From positions 1-41,958 of the IMG/VR virus record IMGVR_UViG_3300037311_000497: a DNA stretch of 41,958 nucleotides; one strand, 5' to 3'. The DNA is from a virus. Taxonomy: Duplodnaviria > Caudoviricetes. Of this stretch, positions 24,932 through 34,764 are shown one piece after another. A program made the position numbers and the translations under genes. How positions within the stretch are numbered: the first letter of the stretch is position 1; every line of letters begins with the position of its first letter. Below the pieces are notes generated by a model. It made no database searches. It saw nothing but the letters and a program-made list of their open reading frames with translations, and was not told where the DNA came from.

Positions 24932-24960
24932 CGCCTCCGCGCGGGTGCGCGGATGGAGTG
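24932..24960 (+). promoter_or_regulatory. 29-bp late-promoter element, copy 2
   Basis: Identical to 13546-13574; upstream of the protease gene, the position of Mu late promoter PI. Confidence 0.75.
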
Positions 24961-24988
24961 GGCGGGTGCGCTGCGCGATGGTCGCGGC

Positions 24989-26026
24989 ATGAACGCTGCC
25001 CCCAAACGCCCTGCGGCCCCGGTCCTCCTGTCTGCGCAGCCGATGCCCGTCGAGGGCGGCGTGGCGCCCGACGAGATCATGCTGCTGCCCGCCCCGCTGT
25101 CGCGCCTGACGACGGTCGACGGGCGCGGCCCCTGGCGGCTGTCCGACCCCGCGGCGCTGATCGCGCGGTCCATCGGTCTGCCGCGCAACGGCGGCAAGCT
25201 GCCGATCGACGTCAACCATTCGACCCAGAAGCTGGGCGAGATGGGCTTCGAGGCCCCGGCCCGCGGCTGGATCACCGGGCTTCTGGTCCGCGACGACGCG
25301 CTCTGGGCGCGCGTCGAATGGACCGAGGCCGGCCGCGCCATGGTCGCCGCCCGCGAATACCTGTCGATCTCGCCGGTGATCCTGCCCGACGCCAAGGGCG
25401 AGGTGCGCCAGGTCCTCGGCGCCTCGCTCACCAACGACCCGGCCCTCCTGGGCCTTGCCACCCTCACCACACGGGAGACCCTGATGGACGATCTTGCCGC
25501 CCGCCTTGCCGCAAGGCTGGGCAAACCCGCCGGAACCCCGGCCGAGGAACTGCTGACCGCCGTGCCCGATCCGCAGGCCGGCGTGCTGCTGACCGCGCTG
25601 CAGGCCGGTGTGGCCGAGCTGTGCACCGCGCTCGGCGTCACCGACATCGCCGCCGCGAAGGTGGCCGTCGACGCGCTGCGCGCCCGCACCGGCACGGTCG
25701 AAACCCTGACCGCCAAGGTCGCCGCGCTGGAGAAGCAGGCGGCCGACGCCTGGATGGCGGGCGAACTGGCCGCCAAGCGCGGCATCCCGGCCGACAAGCA
25801 GCCCGCGCTGATCGAGCTGTTCACCCGCGATCCGGCGCAGGCGCGGCACTACGCCTCGCTCTATCCGTCGCTCGGCCCGACCCACACCGCCCAGACCCCG
25901 CCCGCCGCGGGCGGCGAGGTGACGACGCTGACGGCCGAGCAGCTGCACAACGCCCGCCTGCTGGGCGTTTCCCCCGATGCATTCAAGAAGGCCCTCGCGG
26001 CCGAAGCCCAGAAGGAGACCTTCTGA
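24989..26026 (+). CDS. Prohead protease/scaffold (Mu gpI-like), probable internal scaffold start at 25484
   Basis: LPIDVNH, APARGWI, VEWT..G, Y.SISP, SLTNDPAL; in-frame GGAG-N6-ATG at 25484. Confidence 0.9.
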   Translation: MNAAPKRPAAPVLLSAQPMPVEGGVAPDEIMLLPAPLSRLTTVDGRGPWRLSDPAALIARSIGLPRNGGKLPIDVNHSTQKLGEMGFEAPARGWITGLLVRDDALWARVEWTEAGRAMVAAREYLSISPVILPDAKGEVRQVLGASLTNDPALLGLATLTTRETLMDDLAARLAARLGKPAGTPAEELLTAVPDPQAGVLLTALQAGVAELCTALGVTDIAAAKVAVDALRARTGTVETLTAKVAALEKQAADAWMAGELAAKRGIPADKQPALIELFTRDPAQARHYASLYPSLGPTHTAQTPPAAGGEVTTLTAEQLHNARLLGVSPDAFKKALAAEAQKETF

Positions 26027-26457
26027 TGGTGGCCCTTGCCGCTGACCGCAACACGCCCCGCGCAGAGGGCGACGAACGCACCGGCACGCTGGGCGCCACC
26101 CAGGCCATCTTTGCCGGCGCGATCCTGATGCGCAACGCCGCGGGCGACCTGATCGAGGGAGCGACGGCGACCGGTGCCTTCGGGGTCGGTGTCGCCCAGG
26201 AGCGTCTGTCCTCCACCACCGCTGGCGTGACCCCGATCCGCTACCGGCCGGGGGTCTTCCGCTTCGCCAACTCCTCGGCCGGTGACCTGATCACCAAGGC
26301 CGACATCGGCGCCGCCTGCTTCATCGTCGACGACCAGACGGTGGCGCGGACCAACGGCACCAACACCCGGTCCCCCGCGGGCGCGGTCGACGGCGTGGAC
26401 GCCCAGGGCGTCTGGGTCCGGTTCGACGAAGCGCTCACCCGCGCCCTCCTGTCGTAA
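26026..26457 (+). CDS. Capsid decoration/cement-like protein
   Basis: AAGGAG RBS; between protease and capsid; IFAGA...ADIGAACFIVDDQTV. Confidence 0.75.
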   Translation: MVALAADRNTPRAEGDERTGTLGATQAIFAGAILMRNAAGDLIEGATATGAFGVGVAQERLSSTTAGVTPIRYRPGVFRFANSSAGDLITKADIGAACFIVDDQTVARTNGTNTRSPAGAVDGVDAQGVWVRFDEALTRALLS

Positions 26458-26469
26458 GGAACCCTCGAC

Positions 26470-27363
26470 ATGCTCGTCAATGCCGCCAACCTCGACGCAC
26501 AGCGCGTTGCCTTCTCGGCCCTCTACCAGCAGGGCCTGGGCCAGGCCTCGTCCGACTACGCCCGCATCACCACCGTCGTGCCGGCCTCCACCAAGGAGCA
26601 GAAGTACGGCTGGCTGGGCAAGCTGCCGGCGGTCCGCGAATGGGTCGGCCCGCGCGCCCTGCAGAACCTGATGCAGCACGACTATGCCATCAAGGAGAAG
26701 GCGCTCGAACTGACGGTCCCGGTCGACAAGGACGACATCGAGACCGACAACCTCGGCATCTACGCGCCCATGTTCACCGAGATGGGCATGGCGACCGGGG
26801 CGGAATGGGACCGTATGGTCTTTGCCCAGCTGGCTGCGGGCTTCACCACCAACTGCTATGACAACCAGTTCTTCTTCGACACCGACCACCCCGTGCTGGA
26901 CGCGAACGGCAACGTCACCCAGGTGGCCAACACCGACGGCGGCTCGGGGACGCCCTGGTTCCTGCTCGACGTCAGCCGGTCGGTGAAGCCGATCCTGCTG
27001 CAGAAGCGCAAGGATTTCATGTTCACGGCGCTGGACCGGGTCACCGACCAGAACGTGTTCATGAACAAGGAGTTCATCTACGGCGCCGACGCCAGGGCGA
27101 ACACCGGCTACGGCTTCTGGCAGATGGCCTGGGGGTCCAAGCAGACCCTGAACGCCGCCAACTACGGCATCGCCCGCGCGGCGCTGTCGGGGATGAAGGG
27201 CGACTACGGCCGCCCGCTGGGCATCCGGCCCAACCTGCTCGTCGTGCCGCCGTCGCTCGAAAGCGCGGCGCGCAAGCTCCTCAACTCGGAATACGCCACC
27301 GGCGGCGAGACCAACGAGTGGAAGGGCACGGCCGAGCTGCTCGTCACGCCCTGGCTCGCCTGA
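26470..27363 (+). CDS. Major capsid protein (Mu gpT-like)
   Basis: YGWLG.LP..REWVG, DDIE.DNLGIY.P, CYD.Q.FFDTDHP, GYGFWQMA. Confidence 0.95.
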   Translation: MLVNAANLDAQRVAFSALYQQGLGQASSDYARITTVVPASTKEQKYGWLGKLPAVREWVGPRALQNLMQHDYAIKEKALELTVPVDKDDIETDNLGIYAPMFTEMGMATGAEWDRMVFAQLAAGFTTNCYDNQFFFDTDHPVLDANGNVTQVANTDGGSGTPWFLLDVSRSVKPILLQKRKDFMFTALDRVTDQNVFMNKEFIYGADARANTGYGFWQMAWGSKQTLNAANYGIARAALSGMKGDYGRPLGIRPNLLVVPPSLESAARKLLNSEYATGGETNEWKGTAELLVTPWLA

Positions 27364-27382
27364 CGGCGGCCGGTTCCAGCAG

Positions 27383-27414
27383 AGGGGGCGGTCCCGGACA
27401 GGCCGCCGCCCCCT
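27383..27414 (+). terminator. GC-rich hairpin after the capsid gene (possible attenuator or stabiliser; no U-tract)
   Basis: AGGGGGCGG (27383-27391) pairs with CCGCCCCCT (27406-27414). Confidence 0.35.
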
Positions 27415-27440
27415 TCCTCGAACCGACCGGAGAAACCGAG

Positions 27441-27827
27441 ATGGCCAAGCAGCCGAAACCCGACGCCCAGGCGGCCGGAGCGGATCAGACGAAACTCGAC
27501 ACCGCCGGTGACGCGGCCGCGGGTGGCAAGACCGAACCCCCGGCGGCGGTGGCAGCGGCCGACCCGGGGACGGCCGGGGCGGGGGCAAGAGAAGCATCCG
27601 CCCAGGTGACGGAACCCGTCCCGGCCGACGTCACCATGGCCGCGTCCGGTGCGGGCGCTGCCGCCTCGACGGGCATCACCCTGATCGTGACGTCCCTGCA
27701 GCCGGTCCGCTGGCGCGCAGGCCGCCAGTTCGGGCGCGAGCCGGTGATGATCCCCATGTCCGACCTGACCGAGGCCGAGACCGCATCGATACTGGCCGAC
27801 CCTGTGCTGTCGGTGCAGGTGGTCTGA
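27441..27827 (+). CDS. Mu gp35/HI1506-like protein with low-complexity N-terminus
   Basis: RWRAGRQF...ILADPVLSV C-terminal motif; post-capsid position. Confidence 0.7.
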   Translation: MAKQPKPDAQAAGADQTKLDTAGDAAAGGKTEPPAAVAAADPGTAGAGAREASAQVTEPVPADVTMAASGAGAAASTGITLIVTSLQPVRWRAGRQFGREPVMIPMSDLTEAETASILADPVLSVQVV

Positions 27828-27831
27828 TCCC

Positions 27832-28260
27832 ATGCCCTACGCCAGCCTCGCCATCCTCCAGGAGCGCTACGGGCTGCAGGCGCTCGTCGGGCTGACCGAC
27901 CGGGCGGTGCCGCCGACCGGCGTGGTGGACAGCGCGGTTGTGGACCGGGCGCTGGGCGATGCGGACGCGCTGATCGATGGCTATCTGGGCGAGCGCTACA
28001 GCCTGCCCTTGTCGCCGGTGCCGCCGCTGGTGGTGACGCTGGCCGCGCAGATCGCCTTCTACCACCTGCACAGCTTCGAGGTGCCCGAGAAGGTCAAGGC
28101 CGACCATGACCAGGCGGTCAGGTCGTTGCGCGAAATCGCCGCGGGCACCCTGCGCATTCCGGCTGCCGGAATCGAACCGGCCACGCCCTCGACCAACGGC
28201 GTGCTGACCACCGACCGCGAGCGGCCGTTCTCGCCCGAGACGATGACGGGGTTCATCTGA
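27832..28260 (+). CDS. Head-tail adaptor (Mu gp36 / DUF1320)
   Basis: MPYAS...L.ERYG, DADALIDGYL..RY.LPL, IAFYHL. Confidence 0.9.
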   Translation: MPYASLAILQERYGLQALVGLTDRAVPPTGVVDSAVVDRALGDADALIDGYLGERYSLPLSPVPPLVVTLAAQIAFYHLHSFEVPEKVKADHDQAVRSLREIAAGTLRIPAAGIEPATPSTNGVLTTDRERPFSPETMTGFI

Positions 28261-28691
28261 TGCTGGTGGATGCCGTCAAGACCCGCCTGCGCGACCGGGT
28301 CCCCGGCCTGCACCACATCCACGGCGCGCTGGCGCTGGCGGCGCTGATGGCGCCCGGCGCGTTGGCCCAGACGCAGACCCCGGCGGCGTTCGTCGTGCCG
28401 GGCGGCGAGCGCGGGGCGCATCCGCAGGACGTCTCCGGCGGCTTCATCCAGGAGGTGACCGAGGCGGTCAGCGTGATCCTGGTGTTCCGCGGTGCGGATG
28501 CCCACACCGACCGGTCCGCCGACTTGGTTGACGAGCTGCGCCTTGCGGTGCGCGCCGCCATCGCCGGCTGGGCGCCCGCGACGTCGATCGGCGTCTTCCG
28601 CCTGGTGAGCGGCCAGCGGATCGCCACCCCGACCGGCAGCTTCGGCTACGCGCTCGATTTTGCCCTGTCCGACCAGCTGAGGATCATCTGA
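28260..28691 (+). CDS. Tail terminator / neck protein
   Basis: TPAAFVVP, AIAGWAP; position after gp36. Confidence 0.7.
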   Translation: MLVDAVKTRLRDRVPGLHHIHGALALAALMAPGALAQTQTPAAFVVPGGERGAHPQDVSGGFIQEVTEAVSVILVFRGADAHTDRSADLVDELRLAVRAAIAGWAPATSIGVFRLVSGQRIATPTGSFGYALDFALSDQLRII

Positions 28692-28870
28692 TGCCGCGAA
28701 AGCCCGATGCGGGCGCCGAGACCGCCCCCGCCGCGCCGCCCGATACGCCACGCGCATCGCCGCCCCTGCCGCCCGGCGGAGGTGCATGGGTGCTGCGGGA
28801 CGGCGCCTGGGGGCCTGACATGACCGACGAGGCGATGCGCGCCCGCGCGACCCTGACCGAGAAGGAGTGA
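28691..28870 (+). CDS. Small Pro-rich hypothetical protein (59 aa)
   Basis: TGATG overlap; fills the gap before the tail tube gene; not in ORF track. Confidence 0.5.
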   Translation: MPRKPDAGAETAPAAPPDTPRASPPLPPGGGAWVLRDGAWGPDMTDEAMRARATLTEKE

Positions 28871-28873
28871 GCC

Positions 28874-29803
28874 ATGCTGTTCGACCGCCGCAAGGCCGTC
28901 CTGGCCAAGATCGAGACCACCTACGGCACCGACAGCGTGCCGACCGGTGCGGCCAACGCGATCCTGACCAAGGATTTCGAACTGATGCCGATGGAGGGCG
29001 AGGACGAGAGCCGGAACCTCGACCGCCCGTTCATGGGTGGCGAGCCGTCCATTGCCACCGGCCTGCACCGCAAGGTGCGCTTCAAGGTCGAACTGCAGGC
29101 CTCGGGCACGCTGGGCGCGGCCCCGGCCTGGGGGCCGCTGATGCGCGGCTGCGGCTGCGCCCAGACGATCAACGCCGGAATCTCGGTCGTCTACAGCGCG
29201 GTCTCCACCGCCTTTGAGGCGCTGAGCATCTACTTCAACCAGGACGGCGTGAACTTCGCGCTGATCGGCGCCCGCGGCACCTGCCGCATCGAGCTCGACG
29301 CCCAGAAGATCCCGCACCTGGTGTTCGAGTTCACCGGCCTGTTCGTGATGCCGACCGACACGGCGATGCCGACCGTCGATGTCAGCGGGTTCCAGGCGCC
29401 GGTCGTGGCGAACTCGGCCAACACGCCGACCTTCACGCTGGGCGCCTATGCGCCGATCCTGCGCAGCTTCAAGTTCGACTTGGGCAACAAGGTCGAGCCG
29501 CGGTTCCTGATCCGGTCCGAGGCGATCATCATCGCCGACCGGATGGAAACCATCGAGTTCACCGCCGAGGCCAAGACGATGGCCACCTGGAACTACTTCC
29601 TGGCGGCGCGCGACAGCACCACGGTCGCCCTGACCCTGCAGCACGGCACCACCGCGGGCCGCCGCTGCACGCTGGCCGCGCCCCTGTTCCAGTACCAGCG
29701 CCCGACCGGGTTCCGGGCGCAGCAGGGCATCATCGAGGCCACGCTGAAAGGCGTGCCGCTGCCGAATGCCGGCAACGACCAGTGGACCCTGACCCTGACC
29801 TGA
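28874..29803 (+). CDS. Major tail tube protein (non-contractile tail)
   Basis: AAGGAG RBS; LAKIETTYGTD, GARGT; followed by chaperones and tape measure; no sheath gene. Confidence 0.85.
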   Translation: MLFDRRKAVLAKIETTYGTDSVPTGAANAILTKDFELMPMEGEDESRNLDRPFMGGEPSIATGLHRKVRFKVELQASGTLGAAPAWGPLMRGCGCAQTINAGISVVYSAVSTAFEALSIYFNQDGVNFALIGARGTCRIELDAQKIPHLVFEFTGLFVMPTDTAMPTVDVSGFQAPVVANSANTPTFTLGAYAPILRSFKFDLGNKVEPRFLIRSEAIIIADRMETIEFTAEAKTMATWNYFLAARDSTTVALTLQHGTTAGRRCTLAAPLFQYQRPTGFRAQQGIIEATLKGVPLPNAGNDQWTLTLT

Positions 29804-29819
29804 TCCGGAGTGCCTGCCG

Positions 29820-30146
29820 ATGTTCACCCTCGTTGCCGAACCCACCTTCCAGCACGCGGTCCCGGTCATGGTGCCGGTGGACGGCGGCCATGCCGAGCAG
29901 TCGCTGCTGGTCACCTTTGCCGTGCTGCCGCGCGAGGAGGTGACGGAGCTGTTCACCACCGACAAGACCGGCCTCGAGTTCTGCCGCCGCGCGGTGCGCG
30001 ACGTCGGCGACATCGTCGATGCGGCGGGCCAGCCGGTGGCCTGGGACGAGACGGTGAAGGCCGCGCTCTTCGCCCGCGTCTATGTCGTGGAGGCGATTGC
30101 GCTCCACTACTGGCGCGCAGTCCACAAGGTCAAGTCGGGAAACTGA
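29820..30146 (+). CDS. Tail assembly chaperone (G-like)
   Basis: Between tube and tape measure; ends ...KSGN* on a slippery site. Confidence 0.8.
   Translation: MFTLVAEPTFQHAVPVMVPVDGGHAEQSLLVTFAVLPREEVTELFTTDKTGLEFCRRAVRDVGDIVDAAGQPVAWDETVKAALFARVYVVEAIALHYWRAVHKVKSGN
30137..30143 (+). other. Programmed -1 ribosomal frameshift heptamer G GGA AAC
   Basis: X XXY YYZ in frame just before the stop; the -1 frame is open to 30490. Confidence 0.85.
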
Positions 30147-30490
30147 CCGCCGCCGGGCGCCTGTGGGCGACCGGCGGGACCGGCACCGACGACCTGACGG
30201 CCGAGGCGGCGGCGCTGGGCATCCCGGCCGAGGCGATGGAGGAGGCCGCGCGGCAGGCGATGCCGGAGCTCTGGGCCTGCCACCTGCCGGCCTGGCAGGC
30301 CTTCGTCGCGGTCGCGAGCCAGTGGCGGCCGGTGATCGGTTCGGGCGGCATGTTCTGGCCCGGACTCGACTACGCCGGGGCCGAGGCCGGGTTCCGGCTG
30401 GCGGGCATCGCGATGACCCCGGACCTCTGGGACGAGGTCCGGCTGATCGAAGGCGGCGCGCGTGAGGCGCTGAACGAGGTGCGGCAGTGA
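30143..30490 (+). CDS. Tail assembly chaperone GT extension (DUF1799-like), expressed by -1 frameshift
   Basis: AWQAF...SQWR...GLDY...VRLIE..A..ALN motif in the -1 frame. Confidence 0.8.
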   Translation: MTAAGRLWATGGTGTDDLTAEAAALGIPAEAMEEAARQAMPELWACHLPAWQAFVAVASQWRPVIGSGGMFWPGLDYAGAEAGFRLAGIAMTPDLWDEVRLIEGGAREALNEVRQ

Positions 30491-33051
30491 CGTTCGTCAT
30501 GGAGTTCAGGCTGAATGCCGACGCCCGCGCCGCCCGGGGCGAGCTTGCCGGCACGGCCGAGGACCTGCGCAGGCTGACGTCGGCCACCGACGGCGCCACC
30601 GAGGCCAACCGCCGCGCAAAGGGGGCAACCGACGCCCTGACCCGGGCGCAGCGCGAGGAAGCCGCCGCCGCCGACCGGGCCACCCGCGAGAAGCGCGAAC
30701 AGGCGGCCGCCAACCAGGCGCTCGCCGCCAGCCAGCGCCAGGCGACGGCGGCCACTGCTAACCTGTCCTACCAGTTCAACGACATCGCGATGATGCTGGC
30801 GGCCGGACAGTCGCCGCTGCTGCTGGCGATCCAGCAGGGCACGCAGGTCGGGCAGGTCTTTGGCCAGGCAGGCGCGGCGGGCGCGGTGGGTCTGCTCAAG
30901 GGCGCATTCCTGTCCTTCCTCAGCCCGGTCAACCTGGCCACCGTCGCCATCATCGGTTTCGGCGCCGCCGCGATCCAGTGGCTGACCGGGGCGGGGGAGG
31001 AGGCCGCCAGCTTCGAAGGCGAAATCGAGGCGCTCGGCAAGAGCGTCACCGCCTACGTCGACGCCAGCCGTCTGGCCGGAGCCACGACCGACGAGCTTAC
31101 CGTGAAATTCGGTGCCGGTGCCGAGGCGGCGCGGGCGATGTACCGCGAGATCGCCGACGGTGCTGCGCGCGAGATCGAGCGGCAGGCCCGGGCCGTGCCT
31201 GGCGCCTTTGCCAGCGAGCTTGGCTTCGACCTCGCCTTCCGCGAGATCGGTGACCAGAAAGCACTGGCCGACTTCTTCGACCTTTCGCTGTGGTCGCGCG
31301 ATGCGCGGACCGAAATCAACGCCGTTGCCCGCGACCTGCAAGCGCTGGAGCGGGCGCAGGGACTGGAAGCGCAGCTGGGTGCCGCCACGGCGCTGCGTGA
31401 CCGGTTCAAGGCCGTGGCCGAAAGCGTCGACGGCATTTCCGAAGCCGAAGACGGCGCCCTGCGGCGGATCAACGAGATGGTCCTGCGCTTGCAGGAGGCC
31501 GTCGCCGCCGCCCGCCAGGCCAACACCCTGGGCAGCGGCCGCATGGAAGGCCCCGGCGCCGCCGACCTGCGGCCGCGCCTGTCGGTCGGCGACCGGGCCG
31601 AGGCGGGCGGCTTGCTCGCCGAACTCCGCCAGCAGGCTGAGCTGCAGCGCCTGGTCGCCCAGTTCGGCGAGGACAGCCTGGCGGTCACCGCCGCCCGGGC
31701 CCAGGCCGAGCGCGCGGTCTTTGCCGAGATGGTGGCGCAGCTCGACGTGGCCGCCGGGGTCAAGACCGAACTGCTGGCCGCCTGGGATGCTGCCAACGGC
31801 ATCGTCTCCGCCGGAATCGCGCAGGCCATCGTCGCGGCCGAGGGGCCCGCAGGCGCGGTGCGCGACGGCATCGAGGACGCCTGGGGCGCGGCGGTCGGCC
31901 TGTCCAACACCGACATCGCCGGGACGGTGGCCGGGGCGATCCCGGCGGCGCAGACTCTGGCCGGGTGGCTGACCGCCGCCGCCAACGCCTTCGGCGCCGC
32001 CGCCCGCATGCGGGGCACGGGTGGCCTGGGCGCGGGCGGCGGCGCCTTTCCGAACGGCGGCAACGGCGTCCAGGGCGGACGCGGCGGTGACCCGCGCGCC
32101 TTCGAGACCGATCCCTACTGGAAGGGCGTGGCCTTTCCGGCGCCGCAGAACTTCCCGGCGATCCGCGTCGGCGGTGGTGGCGGCGGCGGTGGCGGTGGCG
32201 GCGGGGCCGCCCGGGCCGAGGCCGATGCGGTTGCCGAACTGATCGCGACACTGCGCGAGGAGCTGGAGGTCCAGCGCGAGCTGGACCCGGTCCAGGCCGA
32301 ACTGCGCCGCCACCGCGAGACGCTGGCCGAGGCCACGGCCGCCGAACGCGCCGAGGTCGAGACCCTGATCGCCGCCCGCCTGCGCGAGGCCTCGGCGATG
32401 GAAACCCTGAAATACGTCGGCGAGGAAACCGGCATGGCGCTGGTCGATGCCCTGATGGGGGTCAAGGGCGCGGGCGAGCAGCTGCTGCAGACCCTGCTGC
32501 GGAACGTCGCGCAGGCGGCGCTGCTGGGCAGCGGGCCGCTCGGCGGTCTGTTCGGCGGCACCGGCCTGGTCCAGACCATCGTCGGCGGCATCTTCGGCAA
32601 GAGCTTCGAGGGCGGCGGCCCGACCGGCGCGGGCGCGCGCAGCGGCGGGCTCGACGGCCGCGGCGGCCGCCTGGCGCTGGTCCACCCCGGCGAGACGATC
32701 ATCGACCACCGCGACCCGCGCCCCGGCCTGGCCGCCCTGCCGTCCGATATCGCGGCGCTGCTGCTGCCGTCCTTCGAGGGCGGCGGCACCGTCGGCGCAG
32801 CCGGCCGGGTCGCCGCGGCACGGCCGAGCGAGCGGCTGTTCGCCGGGCCGGGGCGCGGCCAGGGCGCCGAGCCGCAGCGGGTCGAGGTGGCGCTGACCGT
32901 CGGGCTGTCGGCCGACCTGCGCGCCGACATGGTGGAGACCGCGCGCCAGGAGGCGGTGACCGTCACCCGGATGGGCCTGTCCGAATACGACCGGACGCAG
33001 CTGCCCGGACGGGTCGCGGCGATCCAGGCCGACCCGCGGAGAATCGGCTGA
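30487..33051 (+). CDS. Tail tape measure protein
   Basis: Long Ala-rich helical protein; QFNDI...GQSP...AIQQG.Q lambda-type TMP N-terminal motif. Confidence 0.92.
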   Translation: MTFVMEFRLNADARAARGELAGTAEDLRRLTSATDGATEANRRAKGATDALTRAQREEAAAADRATREKREQAAANQALAASQRQATAATANLSYQFNDIAMMLAAGQSPLLLAIQQGTQVGQVFGQAGAAGAVGLLKGAFLSFLSPVNLATVAIIGFGAAAIQWLTGAGEEAASFEGEIEALGKSVTAYVDASRLAGATTDELTVKFGAGAEAARAMYREIADGAAREIERQARAVPGAFASELGFDLAFREIGDQKALADFFDLSLWSRDARTEINAVARDLQALERAQGLEAQLGAATALRDRFKAVAESVDGISEAEDGALRRINEMVLRLQEAVAAARQANTLGSGRMEGPGAADLRPRLSVGDRAEAGGLLAELRQQAELQRLVAQFGEDSLAVTAARAQAERAVFAEMVAQLDVAAGVKTELLAAWDAANGIVSAGIAQAIVAAEGPAGAVRDGIEDAWGAAVGLSNTDIAGTVAGAIPAAQTLAGWLTAAANAFGAAARMRGTGGLGAGGGAFPNGGNGVQGGRGGDPRAFETDPYWKGVAFPAPQNFPAIRVGGGGGGGGGGGGAARAEADAVAELIATLREELEVQRELDPVQAELRRHRETLAEATAAERAEVETLIAARLREASAMETLKYVGEETGMALVDALMGVKGAGEQLLQTLLRNVAQAALLGSGPLGGLFGGTGLVQTIVGGIFGKSFEGGGPTGAGARSGGLDGRGGRLALVHPGETIIDHRDPRPGLAALPSDIAALLLPSFEGGGTVGAAGRVAAARPSERLFAGPGRGQGAEPQRVEVALTVGLSADLRADMVETARQEAVTVTRMGLSEYDRTQLPGRVAAIQADPRRIG

Positions 33052-33722
33052 TGGCCTCGCTCACCTTTCCCCTGACCGCGGCGCAGTTCTGGGACCGGTT
33101 GCCGATCGAGGAACTGGTCTGGACGCTGGACGAGGCGCTGGACGCCTCGCAGACCGCGGGGGGCGAGATCACCGTCGCCGAGCGGGGCACCCGGCTGTGG
33201 CGCGGCAAGGTCCGGCTGGGCCGCATGCTGTGGTCCGAGATCGCCGAGGTCACGGCCCTGCTGCAGGTCCTGCGCGGGGCGGGCGCGGGCGGCGGCTTTC
33301 TGGCCTGGGACAGCACGCGGCCCGGCCCGCGGCTTGACCTCAACGGCGGCTTCCTCGGCGCCGCCGCGCCCACCGTCACCACGATCAGCACCGACCGGCG
33401 CGAGGTCACCTCGTCGGGCTGGCCGGGCGGCTACATCCTGGCCCCCGGCGACCTGATCGGCTGGAGCTATGGCAGCGCGCCGGTGCGGCGGGCGCTGCAC
33501 GAGGTGGTGCAGGGCGCCACCGCCTCGGTCGCGGGCGTGCTGGGCCCGGTCGAGGTGGTGCCCGCGATCCGGCCGGGTGTCGTCACCGGCGCCGCGGTCA
33601 CCGTGATCCGCCCGGCGATGCGGGCGCTCTACCTGCCCGGGTCCTGGGAGCCGGGCGTGCGCCGCCGCGGCACCCAGACCGGCGCCGCCTTCGGATTCGT
33701 GCAGACGCTGGGGGGGCCATGA
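33051..33722 (+). CDS. Distal tail protein-like
   Basis: First gene after TMP; TGATG overlap. Confidence 0.65.
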   Translation: MASLTFPLTAAQFWDRLPIEELVWTLDEALDASQTAGGEITVAERGTRLWRGKVRLGRMLWSEIAEVTALLQVLRGAGAGGGFLAWDSTRPGPRLDLNGGFLGAAAPTVTTISTDRREVTSSGWPGGYILAPGDLIGWSYGSAPVRRALHEVVQGATASVAGVLGPVEVVPAIRPGVVTGAAVTVIRPAMRALYLPGSWEPGVRRRGTQTGAAFGFVQTLGGP

Positions 33723-34357
33723 AGGACCTGTCGCCCGCGCTGGCCGCGCATCTGGCCGCCACCAACCACATCTCGGCGCGGCTCCTTTTGTGGATCACCG
33801 CCCGCAACCGCACGACGGGCGCGGCGGAATCGCTGGGCCTGTGGACCGGCGAGGACACGCGCGATTTCACCATCGGCGGCAGCACGCGGACCTATCTGGC
33901 CGCGGGCAGCCTGCTGCAGTTCGGCAAGCTGACCTCGGGCACCGGTCTCGACGTCCGCATCCTGACGGTGACGGTGTCCGGCGTGGCCCCGGCAGCCTTG
34001 CAGGCGCTGCGGGGCTATGACGCCCGGCTGGCGCCGGTGGAGGTGCACCGCGCCGTGTTCCAGGCCGAAACCGCGCAGCTGATCGAGGAGCCGCGGCGCG
34101 TGTTCCTGGGCACGCTGGACGGCGAGCCGCTGAGCATCCCGGCCCGCGCGCTCGACGCCGCCGGCGGCGGCGCCGGCGAGGGACCGGCCGGATCGACCTT
34201 CGAGCTGAAACTCGCCTCCTCGGCACGGGCGCTGACCCGGACACTGTCGCTGCGCAAGTCCGACGAGGCGACCAAGGCGCGGTCGGGCGACCGCGGGCGG
34301 CGCTGGTCGTCGGTGGCGGGCCGCGTCGTCACCTGGTGGGGGCAGTCGGGCCAATGA
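33719..34357 (+). CDS. Tail tip/hub component
   Basis: LGLWTG...TYLAAG...VTWWG; synteny. Confidence 0.65.
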   Translation: MKDLSPALAAHLAATNHISARLLLWITARNRTTGAAESLGLWTGEDTRDFTIGGSTRTYLAAGSLLQFGKLTSGTGLDVRILTVTVSGVAPAALQALRGYDARLAPVEVHRAVFQAETAQLIEEPRRVFLGTLDGEPLSIPARALDAAGGGAGEGPAGSTFELKLASSARALTRTLSLRKSDEATKARSGDRGRRWSSVAGRVVTWWGQSGQ

Positions 34358-34764
34358 AACGCCGCGAGGACTGGGCCGAGCGCCTGCGCGACTACATCCT
34401 GGCAGTTGCGGCCCGGCCGTTCCGCCCCGGCCGGTTCGACTGCGCCATGTTCGTGGCCGGGGCGCTGGAGGCGATGACCGGCGTCGATCCTGCCGCCGCC
34501 TTCAAGGGGCGTTACACAACCCTTGAAGGCGGCGGCCGCATCCTGCGCCGGGCCGGGTTCGCCGACCATGTGGCGCTGGTCGCCGCGCATTTCGCGCAGA
34601 TCCCGCTGGCCCGGGCCACGGCCGGGGACATCGCCGTCCTGCCCACCGGGGACGGCGATGCGCTGGGCATCGTCCAGGGCGAGGCGATCTACCTCGCCTC
34701 GCCTGCCGGGCTGGTGCTGCGGCCGCTGTTGTCGGCGCGGACCGCCTTCGAGGTGCCGCGATGA
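34354..34764 (+). CDS. NlpC/P60-like tail tip assembly protein
   Basis: F.PG.FDCAMF...MTGVD, GDIAV. Confidence 0.75.
   Translation: MKRREDWAERLRDYILAVAARPFRPGRFDCAMFVAGALEAMTGVDPAAAFKGRYTTLEGGGRILRRAGFADHVALVAAHFAQIPLARATAGDIAVLPTGDGDALGIVQGEAIYLASPAGLVLRPLLSARTAFEVPR

Noticed and set aside
32170-32205. GGC/GGT run in the tape measure gene
   Set aside because: In-frame poly-Gly linker, common in tape measure proteins
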